Source: Octopus vulgaris
Taxonomy: Eukaryota
Direction of reading: 5' to 3'
DNA: 64,000 bases
NCBI GenBank assembly: GCA_951406725.2
Contig: OX597814.1
Coordinates: 134,416,001-134,480,000, forward strand
A program made the position numbers and the translations under genes. Shown piece by piece: positions 36,349-49,100 of the stretch. The notes below the pieces were generated by a model. The model was not told the DNA's origin. It did no database searches and worked only from the letters and a program-made list of their open reading frames with translations. Every line of letters begins with the position of its first letter. The first letter of the stretch is position 1.

Positions 36349-39300
36349 GTAAAAAAAAATTCGTTATTTCTTCCAAAGATAAGTAAAAACCATTCCACAA
36401 ACAAATACATCTTCACTCTGTTTATGTTTTTTGCTTCCAATTCATTCATCATAATTATATATTCGTTCGAAGATGATAATTTACTCCGTTGCTGTCACCT
36501 GAAGGATCGCAATAACTTTGAATGGTTAATGAACTTCGTTGCAAGTGGAGTATTTTTTGCAAAAATATAGCTATGTATGGAATCCCCGCAATTTGTTTCA
36601 TTGTTTTGGTCATTGATATAAATATTTTTAAATTAAGGGAGGAAAGGTGCGAATTAATATATATTAACAACAATAGCTTTATGGATTCACTGAAGCTCCG
36701 GCGTTTGGCGACGGACTTGGTAAACACCCACAAAGTTATCAACCACCTCACAAACAACAACACTGAACACCTTTTTGATCTCCATGTGTCTAACACACGT
36801 GGACATGCCTACAAAGTCAGAAAACAATACAGCTCCCATGACTTTCGGAAACATTTTTTCACGCTCAGAGTTGCTGAAGCATGGAATAAACTGCCTGCGT
36901 CAGTTGTTGACTGCCATGACACTGCATCTTTTAAGGTCCTCATGCTTTCCGAAATCCGCCGAAACTACACCTGATTATATATACACTTTAGATGAGTTGT
37001 AGTGCACCTGAGCACTGTACACAATTATTATTATTATTATTATTATAACTTGATAAGTGTTGGGGTGGGGAGTATTACCAAAGAAATTCTACGACGAAGT
37101 TGTCCGTTCACATCTTCAAAGAGTGATCTTGTCCGAAACACTAGAACTCCTCATTTATCACGACAGGACAGACGAACCTATGAGAAGACCTCTCTAAGGA
37201 ACATTTGCGAAGTCGCACAACGTACGGGGAATGGCAGCTAAATCTCTCTTAAAAGGAGAAGGACACATTGAACGATGTGATCCTAGATGTACACTGCCTG
37301 CGAAGAAAAACAAATACGGCATAGTCATAGCTGTAACGTCTTTAATCATGTCAGGGCTAACTTGGAGCTAAACAGCAGACGAATTTGTCTTACTTTATAA
37401 ATTTTATCAACTTTCTGATGACACAACTAGGACCCTTGATATCTAGTTTAGCCTCAATCGAGCAGACCTATGATCGATTAAAGAGAGAGACGGAAGATGG
37501 AAGACACTAGAATCTTTATTGGTCACTACTATTATTTCGACCCTCGCTGGTGGGATACTATACAACTGGTTTTGATGTATCCCTCGGTGTAGATGTGTCC
37601 CCTTAGGTGATTTCAAGAGGTATCTCGTTATACCCATAAATTTAATTCACCCAACAGGCTTCAGCACAAATTGTCTGATCAGTTTCCCTTACAAGACCTG
37701 AGTCTATCCTCATTAATGCTAGAGCAACGTAATTATACACCCTGTACACTCGAATGAGGTTGGTGACAGGAAGGGCACCTAACTCTAGAAATCATGTGCA
37801 AATAGAATGTACGAGAAAGACATCCTTGACCCGACTAGGGGAGCAATAACATGGAATAAGAACTGACTCAGACCATGACAACCTGCCCGCCCCATGACAT
37901 GGAAAAGAAGATGAGGAGGAGGAGAAGGACTGTGTATGTGTGTGTTTAAAGTCAGAGATTGAAGTGCCATAAATCAGTCCTGCATAGAAAATTGGGGACT
38001 GTGAAGAGCACATGGTAGTTAACATATCCACAGATATTAATTGGTCTTTAACAAAAAGCATTCCAAAGAAATGTACAACTTGTTAAAATAGGTATTTGTT
38101 CCTTGCCTATCAATTACTGCTCCTTTCTATTTCAAAGATGGGTCCACCTCAGTTAATGATAATCAAGGGATTCTGAGGTGGTAGACAGAACATTTTGCAG
38201 ATCTTGTTCACAGTTCATCCACAATAAATGAGAATGTTATAAAAGACTTGCCACATCAATATGTTTTGAAGAAAATGAGTAATAACCCTAACCCAGAGGA
38301 AGTCAAAATTGCCATTAAACAGATCAACTTAGAAATGGAAAAAACCCAGGAATGCACAATGCATGTTACTGATATTATTAAGCATGGTGAGAATGTAGTA
38401 ACTGATCTTATGACCACACTAATTATTAACATGCAAAATGGTTCTCTGTTATATTGGATTGGAGAGATGCTACACTGACCTTAATGTACAAGGGAACTGT
38501 GTCAAGTCAAACTGGTAACTTTCATAGTATTTCCTTACTTGGAACAAGTTGTGCAAGTTCTTCAATTTTCTAGATATTTTGGTGATCATATGCATTCTTG
38601 AAGTTGGTAAGCAACAATTGCATCTTCTCATATATGTTCTAGCAAAGCATTGTCATGGGCATACTGCAATTCAATGATTCATGTGACACTGGTCTATTTT
38701 TGTGGGGAGTCTGGACAAGTTGAAAAGTCTTCAAAGAAACTTGAATTAAAACAACTAACCAAATTCGTGTTATTATTTCAATATAAAGTATATATGGACC
38801 TTATATGATCAAACATCAAGAAATTCAAATACTTTGACTAGCTTCAATCTATTATGCATCAAAGTCACTATCATCAAAATTCAATTCAGATGGCCTTATC
38901 ATGCATATTACATAAGTAGCACCAAGCTTCCCTACCAGGTACTTTCCAGTGCACTCAGCAGTAGTGAAAAATCCTACAGATGCCTTCAACAGCATTACAA
39001 AGATCAACTCAAACATGCTATGGAAGAGGACAAGCAACAAAGACAAAAAGCTGCCAATTTCAACCACATCCATCTCTGCCAATCAAAGATAGCTTGAAAT
39101 GTTAAAATGTTTTGTATTAAAATTGTAAATATTTGAAGAGTATCTTATGCAATGCCAATTTCTCCTAAATGTAATGATGTTCCTCAGTCTTTTCACAAAT
39201 CTTCCTATTTTTACAGAAATTGATGTTGCCACTCTCACTGATAAGCAATTTTCATATCAACACTTGAAAGCTTTAGGCTGCCATAATCATCTAATTTTAG

Positions 39301-41201
39301 ATCAGTGGGCTATGAATGCTGGCCATTACATTCTTTATTTTGTTGATAAACTATGGAATATTTGCTGCATAGAACTAACCACTGTAAGTACTTCTACATA
39401 TTTTTCTTGAAAATGCAATCTTTTTTAACAGTTTCATTTATTTAATATGACTAATTGCTCATTGACATCTGCCTCTAGTCCTATAGCTTCTTCCTAAAAT
39501 ATACTTATCCCCTTTTGTGATGTTACAGAACCTGTAACTGTCTTTGTTGATATCTGTGTTACAAATATCACAATATATTTTATGTAAAGGATTTAGATAG
39601 CTTATGTTTACAACAACTCCATCACCTTTATATTACAAGAAAAGAGTTAGGAGCTCTTTGCATGCTGAAAAGAAATGCAATCATAACCTTGTAAAAGGGG
39701 AAATCCAGACTATCCATTAAGATTTCTTTTACTAACATACTTGTGTTTAAATCTCATCTAATGTTAATGAAAGTTTCAAATCAAAAGCAGATCCTTGCTT
39801 TAAAACAATGTTCAAATACTTAATTAAATCTTTTTTGTTTCATATGTTTTCTTTTTATTCTCATTAATTCATATTTTTGTTACTGTAGAAATAAAAGGAA
39901 TTTAATTCTAACTGGCAAAAACACCAAAATAAATTTACCATTTTACTTCAGCTTATTCTAAACTGATTTACAAGTATGTAAGATCAATTGAGCATCATTG
40001 TCTAACCTTAAGCAAACTAAACCTGCCTTCCTATCTTAGCCTACAGTTTACTTTAGGAATGTTATTTACTATGATTTTTATTAATAGAATAAGTTAATTG
40101 AGCTAAATTTCAATATCTGATATATCTGTTCAATTATTTCTCCTCTTTTAGGAAAGTGGACATCCAAAATTAATTAATGTCAATCCAGCTTTCCAAATAC
40201 CAAACCGAAACAATCTCCATTTGATACCTGGACGTCACAATGTTACAATAAACTTCCCTGCTCCAGACTGGGCTGTAATAGCAGATGGTGCTGGCACTCT
40301 ATATTTACTGGAAACTGGACTTCGAACAAATGTGCAAGATAGATCCTCATCATGGCAAGTGAGTATATTTAAATCAAGATCATTAAAATTTTTCTTAAAT
40401 GTTACTGAATGGGAATTTATGTGTTAGCTGAAGAGCTTAACTGCTGGATTGATTCATATTTAGTTTGTAATATCATGTTATGTCCGTAAGCATATATCTC
40501 CAATCATATATCTCTAATCCTAATTAGGGGTAATAATGTACTAAATAACATATTCAAAGAATTCTCAATAAATTAAAACTTGCCTTATAGTTGGAGAAAG
40601 AAAACAAAAACCTAGCAGCAATTGTTATTCACAATGAAATGAAATGGGAGGTAATTTTGTAGAAAATGATTCATTTACATGATTATGGGGGCAATTCTTC
40701 CTCTATGTATATAACAGTTATCTTTAAGTGATAATGGATATGTCTTATTCTAATTCTAATCCATAGCTCCGTTTCACCAAATCTGATGTTCTTGGTGAAA
40801 ACCGTGGTCTATTTATACTATGTGATGCTTTATTCCATACTGAGAATGAGAGTCATTTTGTTGAATGTCTGATACTACACGTTGATGAAGCTGATGAAGA
40901 ACTGAAGGACAAGTATAATGCTACCTTTATGACTGTTCTTGAATGGTTAACTCTGTCTTCAGGTAAATAATTACATTTTTCTTTTTATCTTTTACTTGTT
41001 ACAGTCATTGGACTGTGGCTATGCTAGGGCACCAATTTGAAGAGATTAGTTATAAAAATTAACCTCCAGTACTTATTTTCAAGTTTGGTACTAATTCTAT
41101 CAAGTTCTTTTGCTGAGCCACTAAGTTACAGAATGTAAACAAACCAAAACTAATTGTCCAGCAGTAAGGGAGGGGAACAAACGCAAGCACAAATACACAC
41201 A

Positions 41202-41239
<38 letters not shown>

Positions 41240-44200
41240 GAGAGAGAGAGAGGGGGAGAGTTTACAAAAAAAACAAAAGATGAAGACAGGTGATGTACAA
41301 AACAAACAGATGTATTAGTATAACGCTCAGGAATAGAAAAAGTCGTGTGTGTGTGTATGTATATATTATATGTAATAATGATATTAACTTAGAAATTAAT
41401 AAATATAAAAATAAAAAGAATATGGATAGAATAGAATATAAATCCGATAAGAATAATATAAGTAAAACATCAAGAAACAGATAGAAAATTAAAATAAATC
41501 AAACACGTATGACAAATATGCAAACATTAAGGAATGGATCAAAAGGAATTGAAAAGCTAAATGATAATATCCCTAACAATTCTGTAAAAAATTACACCCC
41601 ATGCATAAATGACACTAAACTCCATAAAAATCGTTCTAAAGATAATATAATACCTTTCACAAAGCAAATTAGAACTAATATAGTGAAATTATTCTGCAAA
41701 GTAGTTTCTAAGCATTTTTCAGAGAAAAATAAATACCACAAAATAATAAACTCACAGAAATTCAGGGTCAGTTTTTGCATATCAAAAGCATAACACAAAT
41801 TATTGCTGCACAAAATGCTAAAAGATTTCTAAGAGCAAAGAAAATAAAAATGAATTATTAAATTACCAAAATGGCGAGAAAATCAATGATAATATGAGTT
41901 GCACGATAAACGAAGGAAGGGAAATAACTCTAAGAGAATCCCTACTAGGATCTAAACATGCAATCTATAGAAAGAAGAAGCAATAAGCATAATATTAACA
42001 ACAGAATTGATAATATAAATATAAATACTAACAAAAGCAACAGCAAACATAAAAGACAAAACAATAAAGGTATTAGGATAGGCAAAGAAAATAATAACAA
42101 AGATAGTAACGAAAGTAGTAAACAAACTAAGATAAATAATCTTAGGTTAATGGTAAAGATTCCAAACATAGAATATAAATATGAGGATATCTCTGAAGGC
42201 GTAGAATACAAGCACAACATTATTAGTAAGGAAACAGAGTGCTACTAAAAATAAAACTTGCTATTGTGCTAAAAGAAAATGATGACCATTATCTGAGGGA
42301 CAGGATTACTAATATATAGGTTCTATGGAAAATTATATAAAAAGGATAGCTAATCATGAAAATACCTTTAGGGATAGTCAGTAAGAGGCTAGCACCAGTC
42401 TAAGTAAACTAATTTGGTCAATTAAAGATAAAAATAAGAACTATACACTTATATGAGAAATAATTAGTTGAGGAAAATCTTATAACATAGAGAACAAAAG
42501 ATGTGAACTTTGTGTTGAAGAAATTTACCAGATTCTTACATCAAAATGCAAATTAATCAACAACAAGAGGGAAAGTTAAATATACATTCAATAAATTTAA
42601 GTAGATATGGTTAAAATAAACACCATGTAAATAATACCTATGAATCGTGCATCTATGCTCTAAATTAAATAGACAAATATATATATACATGAACCCAGCC
42701 TATCAACTAATATATTTGAATAAATAATTATATTTACTAGTAACTAATATATACGTTACAAAAAATAAGTAAATAATAGTGCTGATATAAAATAAATAAA
42801 TAAAAGTAACAATTAGGTACATACCTAGATTTATTTTATCAATAATAAGGATCTAGAAGAATATGTTATGGACATGTTGAACAGTATGAAAAGTAGGTGC
42901 AGGCTTGTAAGCCTAAATAGTTAATCAATTTGGCCAAATGGATGGAATAAGGGCATAGAGGAATGTGTTATGGACATACTGAAAAGGATGGAAAGTAGTG
43001 GCATGCTTGTAAACAGTTAATTGGCACTGCCAAAAATGTGGAATAGTAACATGACCTAGTTATTCTGAACTATGCCTATCCCTTGTCCAGTAAGTTCAAA
43101 AAATCAACTTTTAGCTATTTTTAGAACAGAATCCAAGACATGCTACAATTCAATCGGAATAAATTCTCCATCCATTAGGATGTGAAAAATATCGGTCAGT
43201 CATGCCCTGAGGAGGCTTTTTGTTTTTTATCAAATTCATAATGAACTTTAAAGTGTAAAGCACCATCCGAATCGTGGCCGAAGCCAGTGCCGCCTCGACT
43301 GGCTTCCGTGCAGGTGGCACGTAAAATGCACCAATCCGACCGTGGCCGATGCCAGCCTCACCTGGCACCAGTGCAGGTGGCACGTAAAAGCACCCACTAC
43401 ACTCACGGAGTGGTTGGCGTTAGGAAGGGCATCCAGCTGTAGAAACATTGCCAGATAAGACCGGAGCCTGGTGCAGCCTTCTGGCTTCCCAGATCCCCGG
43501 TCGAACCGTCCAACCCATGCTAGCATGGAGAACGGACGTTAAACGATGATGATGATATATATATGACAGGCTTCCACACAGTTTCTATTTAACAAATTTA
43601 CTCACAAGGCATTGCTCAGCCTGGAGCTATAGTAGGGTACACTTGTACAAGGTGCCAGACAGTTGGACTGAACCCAAAGCCACGTTGTTGCAATGCGATA
43701 CAGCTGTGCCTGCACCTATAATCATTTGATTTTTTTTTTATTGGTTCATCATTATGTTAATACAAGTATCGCTGTATTATTAAGCAATTCCCTTTTCAGC
43801 CACATATTTTAGAGTTTCATCCCACAGTATCACATTTTAATCAAGTATTCTCTGCCATAACCTTGTTAGTGAAATTGGATAAACAATAACTTTGTTAAAA
43901 TCTGATAGACTGTATGTGTATTTGAATTGTAGACTTTATTGCCCATCTAACACCGCCACCTAGCCTTTGGCTGCTCCTAGTGGAGTTCAGACTTACTTTT
44001 TTATTTCTTCTTTTTCCTCTTCAGATGATAAACAGATTTGGTCTGTGAAGCAAACTCGAAGATTACGTAGCTCCCGAAGTGCTGACTGCTGTTTTTTTGA
44101 AAAGAGTGGTAAAGCCATTTATATAGCAGGAGATAGACTATTTCAAATGATTTATGATTCTGAGCGACCAATAAATACAACTGAAGAAAAAGAACCATTA

Positions 44201-46079
44201 AAAGATGATTGCCGTAAGTATCTCGTAATAAGTATGAATCTTCATCTTCATCATCGTTTAGTGTCCGTTCTCCATGCTAGCATGGGTTGGACGGTTCGAC
44301 CGGGGCCTGGGAAGCCAGAAGGCTGCACCAGGCTCCAGTCTGATCTGGCAGTTATTCTACAGCTGGATGCCCTTCCTAACGCCAACCACTCCGTGGGTGT
44401 AGTGGGTGCTTTTTACGTGCCACCGGCACAGGTGCCAGGCAAGGCTGGCAACGGCCACAATCAGATTGGTGCTTTTTACGTGCTACCGGCACGGAAGCCA
44501 GTCAAGGCAGCGCTGGCATCGGCCACGTTCGGATGGTGCTTTTTACATGCTACCGGCACGGAAGCCAGTCAAGGCAGTGCTGGCATCGTCCACGTTCGGA
44601 TGGTGCTTTTTACGTGCCACCGGCACAGGGATCACAGCTGCAGTTTCCATTGATTTTTGAGGTTGGTGTACTTGACTCAATAGATCTCCTCAAGCACAGG
44701 GTCGAAACGGTGTTTCTTTACTTGCCACCTGCACAGGAGTCAGTCCAGCAGCCCTGAATGTGGGCATAATTTTACAATCATAAAGGATACTTAGTTGATA
44801 AATAAGTAACTAGCATTTCATTACCATCCATTAAGTGATTTTGAATGATGTTAAAGGTACCTCTTTACTCCTATGAAACTAATGAAAATCTACAAACAAA
44901 ATGTTAAACAGAAAGGGAAGCAGGAGGGGAAGAGAGAGAGACACATCTGCATGTTGGATGCTCCTGAACCAGTTGGTAAGTATCCCACCCATGAAGGATC
45001 GATGCTAGATGTGTCAAAACAATTGTAGTGATTAATAAGAATACTCAGATGTTCCTGTCTTTCATTTAAAATATATATATATTCAAAATGTGACCTCATG
45101 TGTACCATTGGCGATTTTTTTTCCTCTGTCTTCCCTTCTCCTATGTTTCCAACGAAGAGCTCCACTCGAAACGTTAAACCCTCCTTCTTTCCTGAGCGTC
45201 CAATAATACTATATTTGTTCCACGTCCTCGCGTTGTGTTTTTTGTGCTTTCTTGTTTGGATTAACTTTTTATATATATATAGGTTCAGTCAAAACTGTGC
45301 AGATCCTTGGATAAGTGTCTTCTATTGTAACCCTGACCTGCTCAAAGCCTTGTGAATGGATCTGGTAGATGAAAACTAGTGGTTAGGGATGTTCCACTCA
45401 CAATCATGAGATCGTGGTTTTGATTCTCAAACCAGCTGCACATAGTGTTCTTGAGCAAAACACTTCATTTCATGTTGCTCCAGTTCTCTCAGATGTAAAT
45501 GGGTACCCCTGCAATGGATTAGTCTTCCAATCAGGGAGAATGTTGGCCTGCTTGCCTAGTCAGTGGTGTGGCATCATTCAGAAGCTAAAACAACACAAAG
45601 TGCATTGTGACCAGTGATGTATAACAACATCCAATAGCCTAGTCAATACCATGATGTGTGTGTGTATTTGTACATCTATATTTAAACAGTATATTATTAA
45701 ATGATGTATTCATTTTTACATCTGTTTTTCTAACCTAGCAATGTATATTTATATGTGTGTGTGTAGTGTATGTACTTATGTATGTATGTGTGTGTGGTTG
45801 TTTGTGCCTCATTATCATACAAGCCATGTCTTTCATTTCCAAATCTTTCATGAAAGCATGTCCAATTATGGGGAAATACTACCTTTTTGGATACAAGTAG
45901 GAGTTGGCAACAGGGAAGGTATCAGACTGTAGAAATCTGCATCGATGAATTCTGTCTTATCCTTGCAAGCATGGAAAAGTGGGAAGTAAAAATAATGATG
46001 GTGATATATATAAGAAAAAGATGTGTACAACAGATAAATAAACGACTGTGATGGAATAAGTTTATTTATACACTCATAT

Positions 46080-46114
<35 letters not shown>

Positions 46115-49100
46115 CAGGGTGCACAAGATATTTGAGGACAGATTTATGTTTATAAAAAAACAGCTATATAACAGGTAACTTTATTTATCAAAAAATGTTA
46201 TGAGAATAAAAATAAAGCTTTTCTATAATGTTATTCAATAAAGCCACCTTCAGCTTCAACAACTGCTTCTATATGAGACCTAAGTCATCTACATGCTCGA
46301 ATCAAGTGGTCCTGATTCATTTTGGACATTACTTTGACTATGGCAGCTTTCAAAAAATCATTGGTGTTATAGGCATATTCATTGACCTCTCTCTCAACAA
46401 CGCTCCACATGTAATAGTCCAATGGATTGAGATCTTGGGAATTAGAAGGCCAAATGTTAAGAGTTATGTGATCAGGAAAATTTTCATCCATCCTTTCCTG
46501 TATTAATAGTGCAGAGTCTTACTGAAACATGACTTTCCATTGCATACACTGTCTATCCAGGACTTCAATGTAAGGCAGCAGAGTTAACTCTAAAGCCTTG
46601 TGGAAAGAAGTAAGGAGGCATCACACATCCTTCATTGCTGACAACCCCTAAAACCATGACAGAGGAAATTTTATATGCATAACACATGGAACTTCAGAAG
46701 GGTCTACACATAACCATCTGTCATTTCTTCTGTTAACTTTTTGATCTTGGTCGAAGTTTTTCTCATTTGAGAAAAACCAACTCAAATCTTCTGCTGGATT
46801 TTTCAGTTTGTTTAATAGCCTTTTAAATCTGATGTAGTGATTTTCTTTTGCTTTTTTCTGACAAATTGACCTTTCCCCATCATATAAGACTTATATCTGG
46901 TGTCTTTGTGGACAACATTTCTGACTGTTCCTTCTGATACATAGAGATCTTTTGCAATTGAGCTTGTGGACTTTCTGGGATTATAATCAATGGTCTGTTG
47001 AACTTGCTGGATAAATTCAGGTGTTCTGATGATTTCAGAGTGTTTAGAATGCTTTTTATGCTTTGATACTGGTGTTATGTTTCCATCTTCTGTCTCTAGC
47101 TCCTTACAAACTTTGTGGATGTAATATCTGACATCTTTTAAAAATCGAGGTATTTCTAAATCACTATGCTCAGCTTTTATAACCACAATAACAGCATGCC
47201 TCTTCATTTCTTGAGTAAGCTGAGGGTCTGTCATTATCATTTTCTGAAACAAAGATTATACAGAGTTAGCAAAAAATGCAGCAATAACCCAAAAATGGTA
47301 TCCTCAAATACCTTATGCACCCTGTGTATATATATATACACATGAATATAATACCTTTCAACTTTTACTTACAGCCCCTGAATACACCTGGATGCAGAAT
47401 GCAGAGTCTGTTACTGTTCATTTTTTGCTGCCAGAAGGAACACCAAAAGAATCAATTTACATCACTCTTCAATCTGATTACATTGATGTAGGATTTAAAA
47501 CTGGTAACCAGTTGTTATCAGGACAACTTGACCATCTAATTAACACACAAGAATCTACATGGACTTTAAATGATAACAAGTAGGAAGTTATTATTTTACA
47601 TGTGCTTGTGTGTGTGGTTAAGATTTCTGCTTCTCAAGCACATGGTTTTTGGGGGGTCGCTCTCACTGCACAGCACCTTGGGCAAGTGTCAACTATAGTC
47701 CCAAGCTGACAAAAACCTTTTTAGTGAATTGGTAGATGGTAATTAAAAGAAGACTGTTGTGAGCGAGAGTGTGTGTGTGCGCGCACGCATGTGCATGTGT
47801 TTCTTTGTCTTAACATCACACTATAGTTGTAAAGATATATCACCGTCATACAAGCAGTGATACTCGCTTCCAATCTTCCATGAAAACATGTCCAGCAATG
47901 GGGAAATATTATTACCTTGCTTAGAAACATGTGATGGTTGTTAACAGGAAGGGTATCTGATAGTAGAAAATGTACTCCACTAAATTCTATCTGAGCCATG
48001 CAAGTATAGAAAAGTGGGTGTTAAAATTATATACTATGTGAACTGAGATTCCCATTGACAATATTAAATAAAGTGCTAAACACATATATTGTGCAAATTA
48101 GTAACCCCATATCTCTGAAGCTACTGGATTGGCTGTGTATATAACCAAATTGGCTTCTTATTTTTCTGTGATTGATGAAGTGATGTAAACATCTCTGATG
48201 AGAACCTAATAAGGTTTGAAAACTGATCAAGGATGTTTTTCAATCTGTAGAGAAATAGTTAAACTTGCTGTGTTTATATATCTACTACATATAAACATTA
48301 ACCACAGTAAACTCATCCAGCTATATTGCATTCCTAGTCCCAAGCTAACAAATATAATATTCATGAAGAAAAAAAACTCTTATGGTACTTTATAGCCTTT
48401 CTAGAAAATTTACCTTTCTCAACCAGTCCATACAAACAATAGAATATAGAAATGTTAAAATTCGTGTTTCAAAAGATACCATTTGATCATATACATGTGT
48501 AACTGTCACACAATTGGTTTGAATCATTCATTATATTGTCTCTTAATTTAGATCATATTAAGGCTTTTTATTTAAAAAATGAGGACCCTCGCTGATATGT
48601 GCTAAAATAGATTTCAAGTTGATAGAAATAGCGGAAAGTCAGATTAAAATAGTGTTCAGCATTTAATTCCATTTTATATTGTGTTGAAACCTTTTACCAA
48701 GATACTAACTGAGCAAAATAAGCCTTGTGCTTATGCAAAAAAAAAATTAATAGTCAATGGATAATCTTATTCTCTTTCAACATATTTATTATAAGTAAAA
48801 TAAAAGCACATGGTTAGACATATCAGAACATATGCATTTCCTTTCTGTAAAACCGTTTTTATATACTCATTTTGTTTCTGTATATTTATATATTGTAGAC
48901 TTGAAGTGTATCTGTCCAAGAGAGATGGAAGTATGTGGTCTCTTGTTGTCAGAGGTAATATGCGTGGTGAAATGGTTGCATCTGAGGAACAACTGGCTGA
49001 GATACACAATAGGTTATCTCATCTAACTTCTGAACAATGGGTCAGTACCCTTTTCCTCTATATTTTGTAACTAGATGTTAATGTCATATCTATGGTTTAT

